Source: Lachnospiraceae bacterium UBA4338 (GTDB taxonomy: Bacteria > Bacillota > Clostridia > Lachnospirales > Lachnospiraceae). From it: a stretch of 64,000 bases of DNA. Each line of letters begins with the position of its first letter. The stretch's first letter is position 1. The notes under the pieces are model-generated. The model did no database searches. It was given only the letters and a program-made list of their open reading frames with translations, and was not told the origin of the DNA. A program made the translations under genes and the position numbers. This document shows, one piece after another, positions 18,342 through 28,627 of this stretch. The stretch lies in assembly GCA_002393735.1 (NCBI GenBank), contig DGTK01000017.1, forward strand, positions 115,544 through 179,543, read 5' to 3'.

Positions 18342-21195
18342 GGACAATTTACTTAAAATAATCAAATCCAGACTGTTTGTATTAATGGTTTTGTTTATTG
18401 TGGCAACCTGTTTGATTTTATACAGGCTTTTTGACTTGCAGATTGTTCACGGCGAGGAATATTTGGAGAACTATCAGCTCAAAATCGTCAGAGAACGTAA
18501 TATAAGTTCCACAAGAGGAAATATCTATGACAGAAACGGATATCTTCTTGCATATAATGAACTGGCTTACAGTGTAACTTTAGAAGATGTTTATGATGAT
18601 TCATCCAATAAAAATGCCGAATTTAACGAAACAATCGTTAAGCTCATTGAACTTATTGAGAAAAACGGGGATGAAATAGTTTCTGATTTCCCTATATATG
18701 TGGATGAGAATGATGAATACTGTTTCAGTTTAAGTGATACGCAGCTTTTAAGATTTTTAGCTGATATATATGGCAGAAAATATACAGATGATCTTAAGTT
18801 TGAGGAAAGAACCGCAACTCCTGATGAGGTGGTGGATTATCTGTGTCAGAGAAAGGTTTATGGCATCGGATATTATGAAGTTCCGGGTGATAAATCCACA
18901 TTTGTTCCGGGGGGCGGCTATACAAAAGAGCAGATTATCAAGATAATCAACATGCGTTATGCTGTTGCGGTTAACAGTTATAAAAAGTATATTTATACAA
19001 TTGTTGCCAAGGATATTTCCGATGAAACCATGATAGTTATCCTTGAAAACATGGATACTTTAAGAGGCGTAAATGTAATTAAGGATACTGTAAGAAGATA
19101 TAACGACGGCGTGTATTTTTCCCAGATTATTGGATATACCGGAAAAATTTCTCAGGAAGAGTATGATACATATTCGGCAAATAATGATAATTATTCATTA
19201 AGTGATTATGTGGGCAAAACCGGCATTGAATATTCCATGGAAGAGTATCTTCAGGGTATTAAGGGCTCTGAAACCATATACGTAGATAATATGGGCAAAA
19301 TCCTCGAGTCCACCAACTACGTGGAACCGGTTGCGGGTAAAGATATTTATCTTACCATTGATAAAGATCTTCAGATTGCGGTTTATAACATTCTTGAGCA
19401 GAAAATCGCAGGTATTCTGGTTAATAAAATCAGAAATGTAAAGGAATATGTGCCTTCGGAAAATGCATCTTCAAGTGATATTATCATCCCTATTGATGAC
19501 GTGTATTTTGCATTATTTGATAATAATGTCATTGATGTTTCAAGATTTGAACAGTCATATGCTTCGGATACAGAGGCAAAGGTGCTAAATGCCTTTAATG
19601 CCAGCAAGGAAGAGGTTCTTTCTGAAATTCGTACTGAACTTCTTACAACCGGAACACCGTATAATGAATTACCAAAAGAATATCAGAATTATGAAAGTTA
19701 TATTGTCACAATGCTTAAGAGTGACAATAACGGTATTTTGAATAAGTCCGTGATTAATACGGAAGATCCGATATATGTGGCATGGACAATCGATGAAAAT
19801 ATCTCATTAAAAGAATTCCTGACTTATGCCATATCACAAAACTGGATTGATACTTCCAAACTTGATTTAAATCAGAAATATTCAGATTCTGAAGAAATCT
19901 ACAATGTGTTGGTTGATGTTATTATTGATAAATTAGATGGTAACCGCGAGTTTGGCAAAAAGATTTACAAATATATGATAAGAGATGGCAAAATCACCGG
20001 CAAGGATGTCTGCATCATTCTCTGGGAACAGGATATAATCAACGTTGATGAAGACAGAATAGTAGCGCTTAAGAGCGGAACGGTTACAAGCTATGATTTT
20101 ATGCTTAAGTGTATTTCAAATCTTGAGATAACACCTGCCATGCTTGCATTAGAGCCTTGTTCAGGTTCATGTGTAATTGTTGATGTTAATACGGGTGATG
20201 TTTTAGCCTGCGTTTCATATCCAAGTTATAACAATGATAAACTTGCCAATTCATCCACATCGGCTTATCTTGTAAAACTTAATCAGGATAAATCCAATCC
20301 CCTTTGGAATTATGCAACACAGTACCGAAGCGCACCGGGTTCTACCTTTAAAATGGTTTCATCCATCTGTGGTGTGGAAAATGGAGTAATAGATTTAAAT
20401 TCAAATATTGAATGTACCGGTACTTTTGACAAACTGACCGGTACCGTTCACCACTGCTGGATATATCCGGGAAGGCATGGAAACCTAAATCTTACTGAAG
20501 GTATCGCCAATTCATGCAACTGTTTCTTCTACGAAGTCGGTTACAGATTATCACAGGATGAAGATGGCTATAATGCCAACGTAGGTATTGACAAAATCGC
20601 CGAAACCGCCAGAATGTTTGGCCTTGGGGACAAGAGCGGAATGGAGATAAATGAAGTTGAACCCATGATATCGGATGAGTTTCCGGTACCATCTGCAATT
20701 GGTCAGGGTAATCATGCTTTTACAACTGCAGGTCTTGCAAGATATGTTACTGCAGTTGCCAATAAAGGAACGGTTTATGATCTTACTCTGGTAGATAAAA
20801 TATATAACTCAAATGGTAATTTATATCTTGATAATAATGCAGATGTTTATAATACCATTACGATTGATCCTTCAGTATGGAGTGCTGTTCATCAGGGTAT
20901 GAGAGAAGTGGTGCAGAATAAGGTTTATTATGATATCGGAGTTGAAGTAGCCGGTAAAACCGGTACGGCTCAGGAAAGTACATCCAAGCCAAATCATGGT
21001 CTGTTTGTGGGTTTTGCCCCATATCAGAATCCGGAGATTGCCTTCTCCATTAAAATCATGAACGGTTATTCTTCTGATTATGCAGCTCAGGTAGGCAAGG
21101 ATATTGCGGTTTATTACTTTGACCTTGCAGACAAAGAAGAGATTATTACAGGTACTGCTGATGAACCTCTTAATGTTACAACAGGTGGTGACTGA
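18325..21195 (+). CDS. mrdA: Class B penicillin-binding protein (PBP2-like) with a large internal insertion
   Basis: TM, RGNIYDRNG, GKTGIE, and transpeptidase motifs STFK, SCN, KTG. Confidence 0.88.
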   Translation: MLQEFRDNLLKIIKSRLFVLMVLFIVATCLILYRLFDLQIVHGEEYLENYQLKIVRERNISSTRGNIYDRNGYLLAYNELAYSVTLEDVYDDSSNKNAEFNETIVKLIELIEKNGDEIVSDFPIYVDENDEYCFSLSDTQLLRFLADIYGRKYTDDLKFEERTATPDEVVDYLCQRKVYGIGYYEVPGDKSTFVPGGGYTKEQIIKIINMRYAVAVNSYKKYIYTIVAKDISDETMIVILENMDTLRGVNVIKDTVRRYNDGVYFSQIIGYTGKISQEEYDTYSANNDNYSLSDYVGKTGIEYSMEEYLQGIKGSETIYVDNMGKILESTNYVEPVAGKDIYLTIDKDLQIAVYNILEQKIAGILVNKIRNVKEYVPSENASSSDIIIPIDDVYFALFDNNVIDVSRFEQSYASDTEAKVLNAFNASKEEVLSEIRTELLTTGTPYNELPKEYQNYESYIVTMLKSDNNGILNKSVINTEDPIYVAWTIDENISLKEFLTYAISQNWIDTSKLDLNQKYSDSEEIYNVLVDVIIDKLDGNREFGKKIYKYMIRDGKITGKDVCIILWEQDIINVDEDRIVALKSGTVTSYDFMLKCISNLEITPAMLALEPCSGSCVIVDVNTGDVLACVSYPSYNNDKLANSSTSAYLVKLNQDKSNPLWNYATQYRSAPGSTFKMVSSICGVENGVIDLNSNIECTGTFDKLTGTVHHCWIYPGRHGNLNLTEGIANSCNCFFYEVGYRLSQDEDGYNANVGIDKIAETARMFGLGDKSGMEINEVEPMISDEFPVPSAIGQGNHAFTTAGLARYVTAVANKGTVYDLTLVDKIYNSNGNLYLDNNADVYNTITIDPSVWSAVHQGMREVVQNKVYYDIGVEVAGKTGTAQESTSKPNHGLFVGFAPYQNPEIAFSIKIMNGYSSDYAAQVGKDIAVYYFDLADKEEIITGTADEPLNVTTGGD

Positions 21196-22328
21196 TGTTT
21201 AGTTATATAAAGAAATGTAAAATTAAAGATTACGATTTCGTGCTGATATTCTTACTGATGGCTATTACCATAATCGGAATATTAAGCCTCGGAAGTGTTG
21301 ACCAGGCGGACCAGACCAAGCAGATCTACGGATTTGTTGCCGGAATGGTGGTCATGGTTGTAATTTCCCTTATGGATTATACATTTGTGCTTAAATTCTG
21401 GTATCTGATATATGCCCTCAATATTATATTGCTTGCACTGGTTAATTTTATGGGTGAGGAAACTTTCGGCGCCCAGAGATGGATAACTATTGCAGGAATA
21501 AGATTTCAGCCTTCGGAATCGGCAAAAATATTATTGATATTGTTTTTTGCACAGTTTATAATGTTTTTTAGGGAGCGTATAAATAAGTTTTATGTGGTTG
21601 TTCTTGCTGTAATGCTTATAGGATTGCCGCTTTTACTTATTATTAAACAGCCTGATTTATCTACAACAATAGTTATATTTTTAATCTTTTTAACAATGCT
21701 TTTTGTAGGTAATATCTCATATAAATATGTATTTTCCTTTTTAGGGATAAGCATACCTTCTTTTGTAATTGTATTTGCCATGATTCTTAACGGTCATCCT
21801 TTTATAATGAAATTTATAAAAGAATACCAAAGAACCCGTATTCTGGCATGGCTTCATCCGGAAGATTATGCAACGGAGGAAGCATACCAGCAGCTTAATT
21901 CGATTATGGCTATAGGTTCGGGAATGTTAACCGGTAAAGGACTTAACAATAATGTTGTTAATTCTGTTAAGAACGGTAATTTCATTTCACAGCCGCAGAC
22001 AGACTTTATCTATACGATTGTAGGAGAGGAACTTGGCTTTATTGGTGCATCGGCGGTGATTTTGCTGCTTTTATGCATATGCTTAAGATGCATTTACATA
22101 GCTTATAAAGCCAAAGATATTCAGGGCAAGGTTATTGCTTCGGGTATGGCGGCGTTAGTCGGATTTCAGAGTCTGATTAATATATCCGTTAATGTAGGCC
22201 TTCTTCCTAACACCGGTCTGCCGCTTCCATTTGTAAGTTATGGTCTTACATCGCTTTTAAGTCTATATGCCGGAATGGGGTTCGTGCTAAATGTAGGCTT
22301 ACAGAGACCTAAAAAATACGCGAATTAG
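21195..22328 (+). CDS. rodA: SEDS family peptidoglycan polymerase RodA
   Basis: GAQRW, QPSE, QPDL, TDFI, GLPLPFVSYG. Confidence 0.9.
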   Translation: MFSYIKKCKIKDYDFVLIFLLMAITIIGILSLGSVDQADQTKQIYGFVAGMVVMVVISLMDYTFVLKFWYLIYALNIILLALVNFMGEETFGAQRWITIAGIRFQPSESAKILLILFFAQFIMFFRERINKFYVVVLAVMLIGLPLLLIIKQPDLSTTIVIFLIFLTMLFVGNISYKYVFSFLGISIPSFVIVFAMILNGHPFIMKFIKEYQRTRILAWLHPEDYATEEAYQQLNSIMAIGSGMLTGKGLNNNVVNSVKNGNFISQPQTDFIYTIVGEELGFIGASAVILLLLCICLRCIYIAYKAKDIQGKVIASGMAALVGFQSLINISVNVGLLPNTGLPLPFVSYGLTSLLSLYAGMGFVLNVGLQRPKKYAN

Positions 22329-22340
22329 GGGTAGCAAAAA

Positions 22341-22736
22341 ATGAACATTGCACTTATTGCACATGATGCAAAGAAAAAACTGATGCAGAATTTTTGTATA
22401 GCTTATAGGGGTATACTATGCAAGAATGAACTGTATGCCACAGGTACAACGGGAAGACTGGTTGAAGAAGCTACCAATCTTACTGTTCATAAATCTCTGG
22501 CAGGGCATCTTGGTGGGGAACAGCAGATTGGTTCTCAGATAGAACAAAATCAGATTGATTTGGTTATTTTTTTAAGAGACCCTCTTACACAAAAAATGCA
22601 TGAGCCTGATGTTAATAATGTTGTGAGATTATGTGATATTCATAATATTCCACTGGCAACCAATCTGGCATCTGCAGAACTTATGATAAAAGCTTTGGAC
22701 AGAGGAGATTTAGAGTGGCGTGAAGCGTACAAGTAA
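22341..22736 (+). CDS. mgsA: Methylglyoxal synthase
   Basis: [25 protein letters not shown]. Confidence 0.92.
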   Translation: MNIALIAHDAKKKLMQNFCIAYRGILCKNELYATGTTGRLVEEATNLTVHKSLAGHLGGEQQIGSQIEQNQIDLVIFLRDPLTQKMHEPDVNNVVRLCDIHNIPLATNLASAELMIKALDRGDLEWREAYK

Positions 22737-23703
22737 GATATTATCAATTGCTTTATGTTTATGTATTATTAGTTCATTATTGGCAGCTTGTTCCGGCTCT
22801 TCTTATGACATGCCATATGAAAGAAATATGCCAACAGCAGCATATAATATGAATAGCAGTTTGACACAGGACGGTACAATCAAACCATTTGCCTATTCGT
22901 TATGTATTGATGACAATACTTTATATGTTAGTTCTGAAGGGTTTGAAACAAGCCACGCTTATGGTCTTTTTGATCTTAATAACAAAACCGTATTAACAGG
23001 CGAGAATATGTATGAGGAACTTCCTCCGGCATCACTTACCAAGGTATTAACTGCCCTGGTAGCACTTAAGTATGGCGATTTAAGTTCCATGGTAACTATT
23101 TCCGACAGGTGCCATATCACCGAGCCCGGAGCTCAGCTCTATGGCTTTAAAACCGGAGATACAATTTCCCTGGAGCAGGCCCTTAATGTGCTTTTACTTT
23201 ATTCGGCCAATGATGTTGCAGTAGCAATAGCTGAAACAATTGGTGGTGATTATGATACCTTCATTCAGATGATGAATGATGAAGCAAAGGCTCTTGGATG
23301 TACACATTCTCATTTTGTAAATCCTCATGGACTTACAGCAGAAGATCACTATACCTGTTGTTATGATTTATATCTTATTTTCAATCAGGTTATTAAATAT
23401 GACGCTTTCAGGGAAATAATTGCCAGGACAAATTATTCATCAGATTATGTTGATGCTGCAGGCAATACCCAGACTATTACAGTAAACAGTACCAACAGAT
23501 TTGTAAATGGCAGTACCGCTATGCCGGATGGCATAACTGTTGTAGGTGGAAAGACCGGTACAACAGCGGCTGCAGGCAATTGTTTAATACTTTATGCAAA
23601 GGATGAACAGGGTAATCCATATATTTCAGTTATCCTTAATTCATCCACCAGAGATGATTTATATAATGATATGACAACTCTTTTGGAATTAACTTCCAAA
23701 TAA
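22720..23703 (+). CDS. D-alanyl-D-alanine carboxypeptidase (peptidase S11), putative lipoprotein
   Basis: LAAC lipobox; SLTK, SAN, NPHGL, KTG motifs. Confidence 0.9.
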   Translation: MKRTSKILSIALCLCIISSLLAACSGSSYDMPYERNMPTAAYNMNSSLTQDGTIKPFAYSLCIDDNTLYVSSEGFETSHAYGLFDLNNKTVLTGENMYEELPPASLTKVLTALVALKYGDLSSMVTISDRCHITEPGAQLYGFKTGDTISLEQALNVLLLYSANDVAVAIAETIGGDYDTFIQMMNDEAKALGCTHSHFVNPHGLTAEDHYTCCYDLYLIFNQVIKYDAFREIIARTNYSSDYVDAAGNTQTITVNSTNRFVNGSTAMPDGITVVGGKTGTTAAAGNCLILYAKDEQGNPYISVILNSSTRDDLYNDMTTLLELTSK

Positions 23704-23714
23704 GTCTAAAAGTG

Positions 23715-23743
23715 TTGTCTTTTTCGTCAATATTTCATATAAT
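23715..23743 (+). promoter_or_regulatory. Putative sigma-A promoter
   Basis: TTGTCT-17-TATAAT. Confidence 0.6.
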
Positions 23744-23784
23744 ATTAGTAGATTTTCCTATCAAAATATTGGAGGTATATTTTT

Positions 23785-24204
23785 ATGGTTCGTTTTATTA
23801 CAGGGGGCAACGGCAAAGGCAAATCAAAGGTACTTCTGGAGATGGTTAATGCAGAAGTAAAAGAAATACTTGGTAACATTGTATTTCTTGATACAACAAC
23901 TAAACATATGTATGAATTAAATAATAAGATTCGTCTTATTAACACATCGGAATATATGCTGAAATCCAGTGATATGTTTGTAGGTTTTATTGCAGGTATT
24001 GTTTCACAGGATCATGACTTACAGCAGTTATATTTCGATAATTTTTTGACCATCGCTAATTGTACAATTAATGATTTGGGAACAGTTATTCCTTTACTTG
24101 ATGAACTTAGCAACAAGTTTGGTATTGATATGGTACTTTCAGTATCTACATCAGAAGGTGAACTTCCTAAAGAATTTGCAGACAGAGTAATTGAGGCTCT
24201 GTAA
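23785..24204 (+). CDS. Small P-loop NTP-binding protein, conserved clostridial hypothetical
   Basis: GGNGKGKS Walker A at the N-terminus and a Walker-B-like LYFD; GGAGG RBS. Confidence 0.75.
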   Translation: MVRFITGGNGKGKSKVLLEMVNAEVKEILGNIVFLDTTTKHMYELNNKIRLINTSEYMLKSSDMFVGFIAGIVSQDHDLQQLYFDNFLTIANCTINDLGTVIPLLDELSNKFGIDMVLSVSTSEGELPKEFADRVIEAL

Positions 24205-24224
24205 ATTAAGAGAATAATAAGTAT

Positions 24225-24250
24225 AAGCCTCGATTTTTTCGAGGCTTTTT
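24225..24250 (+). terminator. Intrinsic terminator
   Basis: aagcctcga/tcgaggctt stem followed by a T run. Confidence 0.7.
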
Positions 24251-24267
24251 CTTCTGTTAAGGTATAA

Positions 24268-25692
24268 ATGGCTAGAAAAGACACTCAGAAAATTCAGAAT
24301 ATTAAATCTTCCAAGACTTTGGGCGGAGGATTAAGTTTCGGCGTAGGATTAAGTATTGTAATCTTGGTAATATTCACATTCTATGTCTTTTTTGTGTTCT
24401 TTAATTATTTAAGATCCAAGCCTATTGTAGCTTTCCAGGTAAATGTTGGTTCCATTAGTGAATCCAATATTTATGATGGCCTTGTACTTAGAAATGAAGA
24501 AATTGTCAAGGCTGAGAGTGCCGGTAATGTTAACTATTATCAAAGAGAAGGAGAGTGGGTTGCGGTAGGTGACCTTATCTATTCTGTTGACGGTAGTGGT
24601 AAATTAAGTGAATACTTATCTGGCGCTAATGCCGGAGATGTAGAACTTTCTGAACAGGATTTAAATATTGTTAAAAGCGATATATCTCAGTTCCTTAAAG
24701 ATTATGATAATTCCTTCTTCGACAGTGTATATAATTTTAAATATGACCTTCAGGGTACAACCTTAAGAATCAGTAATTTAAATATTCTTGATAATATCGG
24801 TACACTTCAGAGCGGTATCAGTTCCTCAGCTGTTAATGTTAATTATGCTCCTAAGAGCGGATATATTGTATACAGCACTGATGGATATGAAGATATTAAA
24901 GAATCAGACATAAATGAAAGTCTGTTTGATAAGGATAATTACGAGAAAATACAGTTTACCAATAACTCCCTGGTATCTCCGGGTGATGATGTATATAAAA
25001 GGATATCATCTGAAGAGTGGTCAATTATTATAGAGGTTAAAGATAAGGCCAAGTTAGCTGAGTTTGCTGAGGGCGATAATTATGACATTCGTCTTTTGAA
25101 GAGTAATGAGACTCTTAAGGGTAAGGCTGAAATAATTAATAATGGAGAGGGAGACTTCGTTAAGTTTACCTTTAAATCATCCATGGTTAATTATATTACT
25201 GACAGATTTCTTGAACTTGAAGTTGTTAAGGAGAATGAGACTGGCCTTAAGATTCCTAACAGCGCGATTATTGAGAGAGAGCTTTTCGTGGTTCCGGTGG
25301 AATACTGCTATAATATTTCAGATACCAGCGGTACCTGCGATGTATATGTTGAAAAATATGATGAAGATGGCAATCAGACTGTTAAAATTGTGAATGTAAA
25401 TATCTGTTCACTTGATGAGACAGAGGTTCTGATTGAAGATCCTTCACTTGAAATCGGTAATTATCTGATTATGGAGAATTCTGATGCAAAGGCAGTTATA
25501 TCCAAGACTCAGACCATGATTGGTGTTTATAATATTAATAAGGGTTATGCGGAATTTAAACCAATTACAATTCTTGCACAGAATGAGGAATATGCAATTG
25601 TGCGTTCCAATACGACTTACGGTTTAAGGCCTTATGACAGAATTGCATCTGATGCATCTAATGTTAAGGAGAATGATTTGATTTATGAGTAA
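24268..25692 (+). CDS. Membrane-fusion / HlyD-adaptor-like bitopic protein
   Basis: Single TM; lipoyl-like half motifs (AESAGNVNYYQREGEWVAVGD and YAPKSGYIVYSTDG) around a helical segment; GLKIPNSAI. Confidence 0.65.
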   Translation: MARKDTQKIQNIKSSKTLGGGLSFGVGLSIVILVIFTFYVFFVFFNYLRSKPIVAFQVNVGSISESNIYDGLVLRNEEIVKAESAGNVNYYQREGEWVAVGDLIYSVDGSGKLSEYLSGANAGDVELSEQDLNIVKSDISQFLKDYDNSFFDSVYNFKYDLQGTTLRISNLNILDNIGTLQSGISSSAVNVNYAPKSGYIVYSTDGYEDIKESDINESLFDKDNYEKIQFTNNSLVSPGDDVYKRISSEEWSIIIEVKDKAKLAEFAEGDNYDIRLLKSNETLKGKAEIINNGEGDFVKFTFKSSMVNYITDRFLELEVVKENETGLKIPNSAIIERELFVVPVEYCYNISDTSGTCDVYVEKYDEDGNQTVKIVNVNICSLDETEVLIEDPSLEIGNYLIMENSDAKAVISKTQTMIGVYNINKGYAEFKPITILAQNEEYAIVRSNTTYGLRPYDRIASDASNVKENDLIYE

Positions 25693-26383
25693 TGCAGGTC
25701 AGAATTATATTGATGTATTAAAAAAATGTAAGAAGGCTTTGGCTGACGCAGGAAGAAAAGAAGATGATGCCACACTTATTGCGGTTAGTAAGACCAAGCC
25801 AATCGAAATGCTGAAGGAAGTTTATGATGCCGGATGCAGGGATTTTGGCGAAAATAAGGTGCAGGAGATAATGGATAAGTATCCTAAGCTTCCTTCTGAT
25901 ATCAGATGGCATATGATAGGTCATCTTCAGACAAATAAGGTTAAATATATTGTTGATAAGGTATATATGATTCATTCTGTTGATAGTTTCAAGCTGGCGG
26001 CTGAGATCAGTAAAGAAGCAGTTAAGAAGAATGTAACTGTTAAAATCCTTATAGAAGTTAATGTGGCTGGCGAAGAAAGCAAGTTTGGAACCGATACAAA
26101 AGGCTGCGTGGAACTTATCGAAAGCATCAAGGATTTACCTAATATTGAAATCTGCGGATTAATGACAATTGCACCATATGTAGAAAATTCTGAAGAAAAC
26201 AGACCATATTTTGTTATTTTAAGGGAATTAATGGTTGATATAATGAAGAATAAAGACTATAATATAAGAGTGGGAGCCTTGTCAATGGGAATGACGGGAG
26301 ATTATCTTGTCGCTCTTTCAGAAGGTGCAACATATGTCAGAGTTGGGACGGGTATTTTTGGAGAAAGAAATTATAATATTTAG
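25685..26383 (+). CDS. yggS: PLP homeostasis protein, YggS family
   Basis: LIAVSKTK, FGENKVQE, WHMIGHLQTNK, LSMGM, VRVGT. Confidence 0.96.
   Translation: MSNAGQNYIDVLKKCKKALADAGRKEDDATLIAVSKTKPIEMLKEVYDAGCRDFGENKVQEIMDKYPKLPSDIRWHMIGHLQTNKVKYIVDKVYMIHSVDSFKLAAEISKEAVKKNVTVKILIEVNVAGEESKFGTDTKGCVELIESIKDLPNIEICGLMTIAPYVENSEENRPYFVILRELMVDIMKNKDYNIRVGALSMGMTGDYLVALSEGATYVRVGTGIFGERNYNI
26235..26263 (+). promoter_or_regulatory. Putative sepF promoter embedded in the yggS coding region
   Basis: TTGATA-17-TATAAT about 150 nt upstream of sepF. Confidence 0.5.
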
Positions 26384-26415
26384 TCCCTGAACAGTTAGGA
26401 GGTCAGAATTAAGCT

Positions 26416-26871
26416 ATGGATAAGATGAAGAATATCCTTTTTGGCTCAGATGAGGGCGATGAAGACGATGATTATGTTGATAGCAGAAGCTACGACGATG
26501 AAAAAGAAACCACTAAACCTAAAAAGAGAAGATTTGGCAAATCAAGTTCAGATAATGAGGAGGACGATATGGCTGTAGAAATAGTTAATATTAAAGTAAC
26601 TTCATGGGAAGACACAAGAGTAATTGCAGATAACTTACTTTCACATAAACCTGTTATTCTTAATATTGAAGGTGTTGATGTTGCTCTTGCACAGCGTATT
26701 ATCGATTATACCTGCGGCGTTTCTTATGCCATCGATGGCGAACTTAAGAAGATTTCACAGTATATTTTCTTAATTGCTCCTGCCAATGTATCTACATCAG
26801 GCGTAGGACCTGGACCTGATGATTTTGATGATTTATCCAATTCAGATATCTTAAGCAGACCAGGTATCTAA
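26416..26871 (+). CDS. sepF: Cell division protein SepF
   Basis: Amphipathic N-terminus, acidic linker, AQRIIDY..G...AIDG and IFLIAP core; follows yggS. Confidence 0.92.
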   Translation: MDKMKNILFGSDEGDEDDDYVDSRSYDDEKETTKPKKRRFGKSSSDNEEDDMAVEIVNIKVTSWEDTRVIADNLLSHKPVILNIEGVDVALAQRIIDYTCGVSYAIDGELKKISQYIFLIAPANVSTSGVGPGPDDFDDLSNSDILSRPGI

Positions 26872-26897
26872 TTTAAAGATTAAATAATACTTTAAAG

Positions 26898-26925
26898 AGG
26901 GAGGAACCAATAATTCCTCCCTTTT
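26898..26925 (+). terminator. Intrinsic terminator
   Basis: agggaggaa/ttcctccct stem followed by a T run. Confidence 0.75.
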
Positions 26926-26942
26926 ATGTATATGGAGGATTT

Positions 26943-27659
26943 ATGGATAAGATTGTAATAAATGGCAATAATGTATTTATAACTCAAAAAGGAGATGATA
27001 TTCCATCCGGTATTATGCTTAAGTCCCTTGGTGATGTGGCAGATATGTCTATAACTCTTTTAAATGGCGAAAATAAGGATTATGTCATTACTATGGAAAA
27101 TGTAACTGCTGATCCGAAAGAATATCTTTTAGGGGTTGCCAAATGCCTTAAAAAGGGTATCGAATATAATCTTAATCTGTATAAGAAATTAATTCTTAAT
27201 CCATATGAATTATTTGAAATCGATGAAGATTATTTATATGAATTAATTGTTATGATATGTAAGGTTAATAAAAAAATAGTTGAAGAAAATATGGATTATA
27301 CATATCTTAGCGATGTTATTATGGATGTACTTGATGAAAATGAGCATGATTTTAACCGTATTGCCTTATCTATGGTGGTTTCAGCCTGCATAGGCAAGGA
27401 ATTACAGATAATGAGCACTGAAGAATGCTATGAAATCAGGGATATGTTTGTACTTCTTAATATGGGAATAAGCCAGGATGTTCTTAAGGCATCTGATATG
27501 GCAAAAAGTTTATCAAAGTTACTTAAGGATGATTTATATATAACAACCAAAGTTGCCAAGAGAATTACTCTTGGCGAAACTGAAATGAAGATTGATGAAG
27601 CGCTTTTAACCAGAGCTTTTGATAATATATGTTTTACTGAAGAAGATATGAAGGAATAA
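26943..27659 (+). CDS. Degenerate 3-dehydroquinate synthase (AroB)-derived protein, probably catalytically dead
   Basis: Helical pattern G.A...K.G...Y..L..N.YE...L.E.I...C.....IVE and EECYEIRDMF resembles the AroB C-terminal domain, and the gene sits in the slot I recall for aroB. NAD- and metal-binding motifs are absent. Confidence 0.6.
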   Translation: MDKIVINGNNVFITQKGDDIPSGIMLKSLGDVADMSITLLNGENKDYVITMENVTADPKEYLLGVAKCLKKGIEYNLNLYKKLILNPYELFEIDEDYLYELIVMICKVNKKIVEENMDYTYLSDVIMDVLDENEHDFNRIALSMVVSACIGKELQIMSTEECYEIRDMFVLLNMGISQDVLKASDMAKSLSKLLKDDLYITTKVAKRITLGETEMKIDEALLTRAFDNICFTEEDMKE

Positions 27660-27661
27660 AA

Positions 27662-28582
27662 ATGGAATCCAGGACGGTAATACTGCCAATAAATTCAGAA
27701 GATGAAGACTTAAGACTGGATGTTTATCTGTCTGAGCAGATTGAGGATTTATCCAGGTCTTATATTCAAAAATTAATCAAATCCGGAGATATAACTGTTG
27801 ATGGAATGTCCCGTAAAAGCAGTTATTCATTAAAGGCAGGAGAGGAAGTAACTGTTAATATTCCGGTTAACATTGTGCCTGAGATTGAGCCTTCTGACAT
27901 TCCTCTTGATATAATCTATGAAGATGATGATCTTTTAATTGTTAATAAACCCAAGGGCATGGTAGTTCATCCGGCTGCAGGTCATTATAATGATACTTTG
28001 GTTAATGCGCTTATGTATCACTGTAAGGGTAATCTGTCAGGAATTAACGGTGTTTTAAGACCTGGTATTGTTCACAGAATCGATAAAGATACATCAGGCT
28101 CACTTATTGTCTGTAAGAATGATTTTACCCATAATGCAATTGCTGAGCAGCTGTCTGCACACAGCATAAAAAGAGAATACAGAGCTATTGTGCTTGGAAA
28201 TATAACATCTGATGGCACAGTAGATAAGAATATTGGAAGGTCTGTAAATGACCGTAAGAAGATGGCGGTTGTTTCATCCGGCGGTAAGAGAGCAGTAACG
28301 CATTATAAGGTACTAAAGAGACTTAAAAATAATATGACTTATATTTCATGCCAGCTTGAAACCGGTCGCACACATCAGATCAGGGTTCATATGGCATCAA
28401 TTAATCATCCATTATTAGGTGATATGGTTTATGGCAATAAAGATCCATATCATACTAATGGTCAGGTTCTTCATGCCTTAAGTCTTGGTTTTGTTCACCC
28501 AAGAACAAATGAATATATGGAATTTGAGGCGCCGATTCCGGATTATTTTAATAATTTGCTTGATAAACTGGCGTTGGAATAA
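27662..28582 (+). CDS. rluD: RluA/RluD family pseudouridine synthase
   Basis: S4 domain, NKPKGMVVHP, HRIDKDTSG, TGRTHQIRVH. Confidence 0.9.
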   Translation: MESRTVILPINSEDEDLRLDVYLSEQIEDLSRSYIQKLIKSGDITVDGMSRKSSYSLKAGEEVTVNIPVNIVPEIEPSDIPLDIIYEDDDLLIVNKPKGMVVHPAAGHYNDTLVNALMYHCKGNLSGINGVLRPGIVHRIDKDTSGSLIVCKNDFTHNAIAEQLSAHSIKREYRAIVLGNITSDGTVDKNIGRSVNDRKKMAVVSSGGKRAVTHYKVLKRLKNNMTYISCQLETGRTHQIRVHMASINHPLLGDMVYGNKDPYHTNGQVLHALSLGFVHPRTNEYMEFEAPIPDYFNNLLDKLALE

Positions 28583-28627
28583 GCGAAAATTGAGATGAAA
28601 ATGTAGTGGGGATAGTGTTAAATGCTA

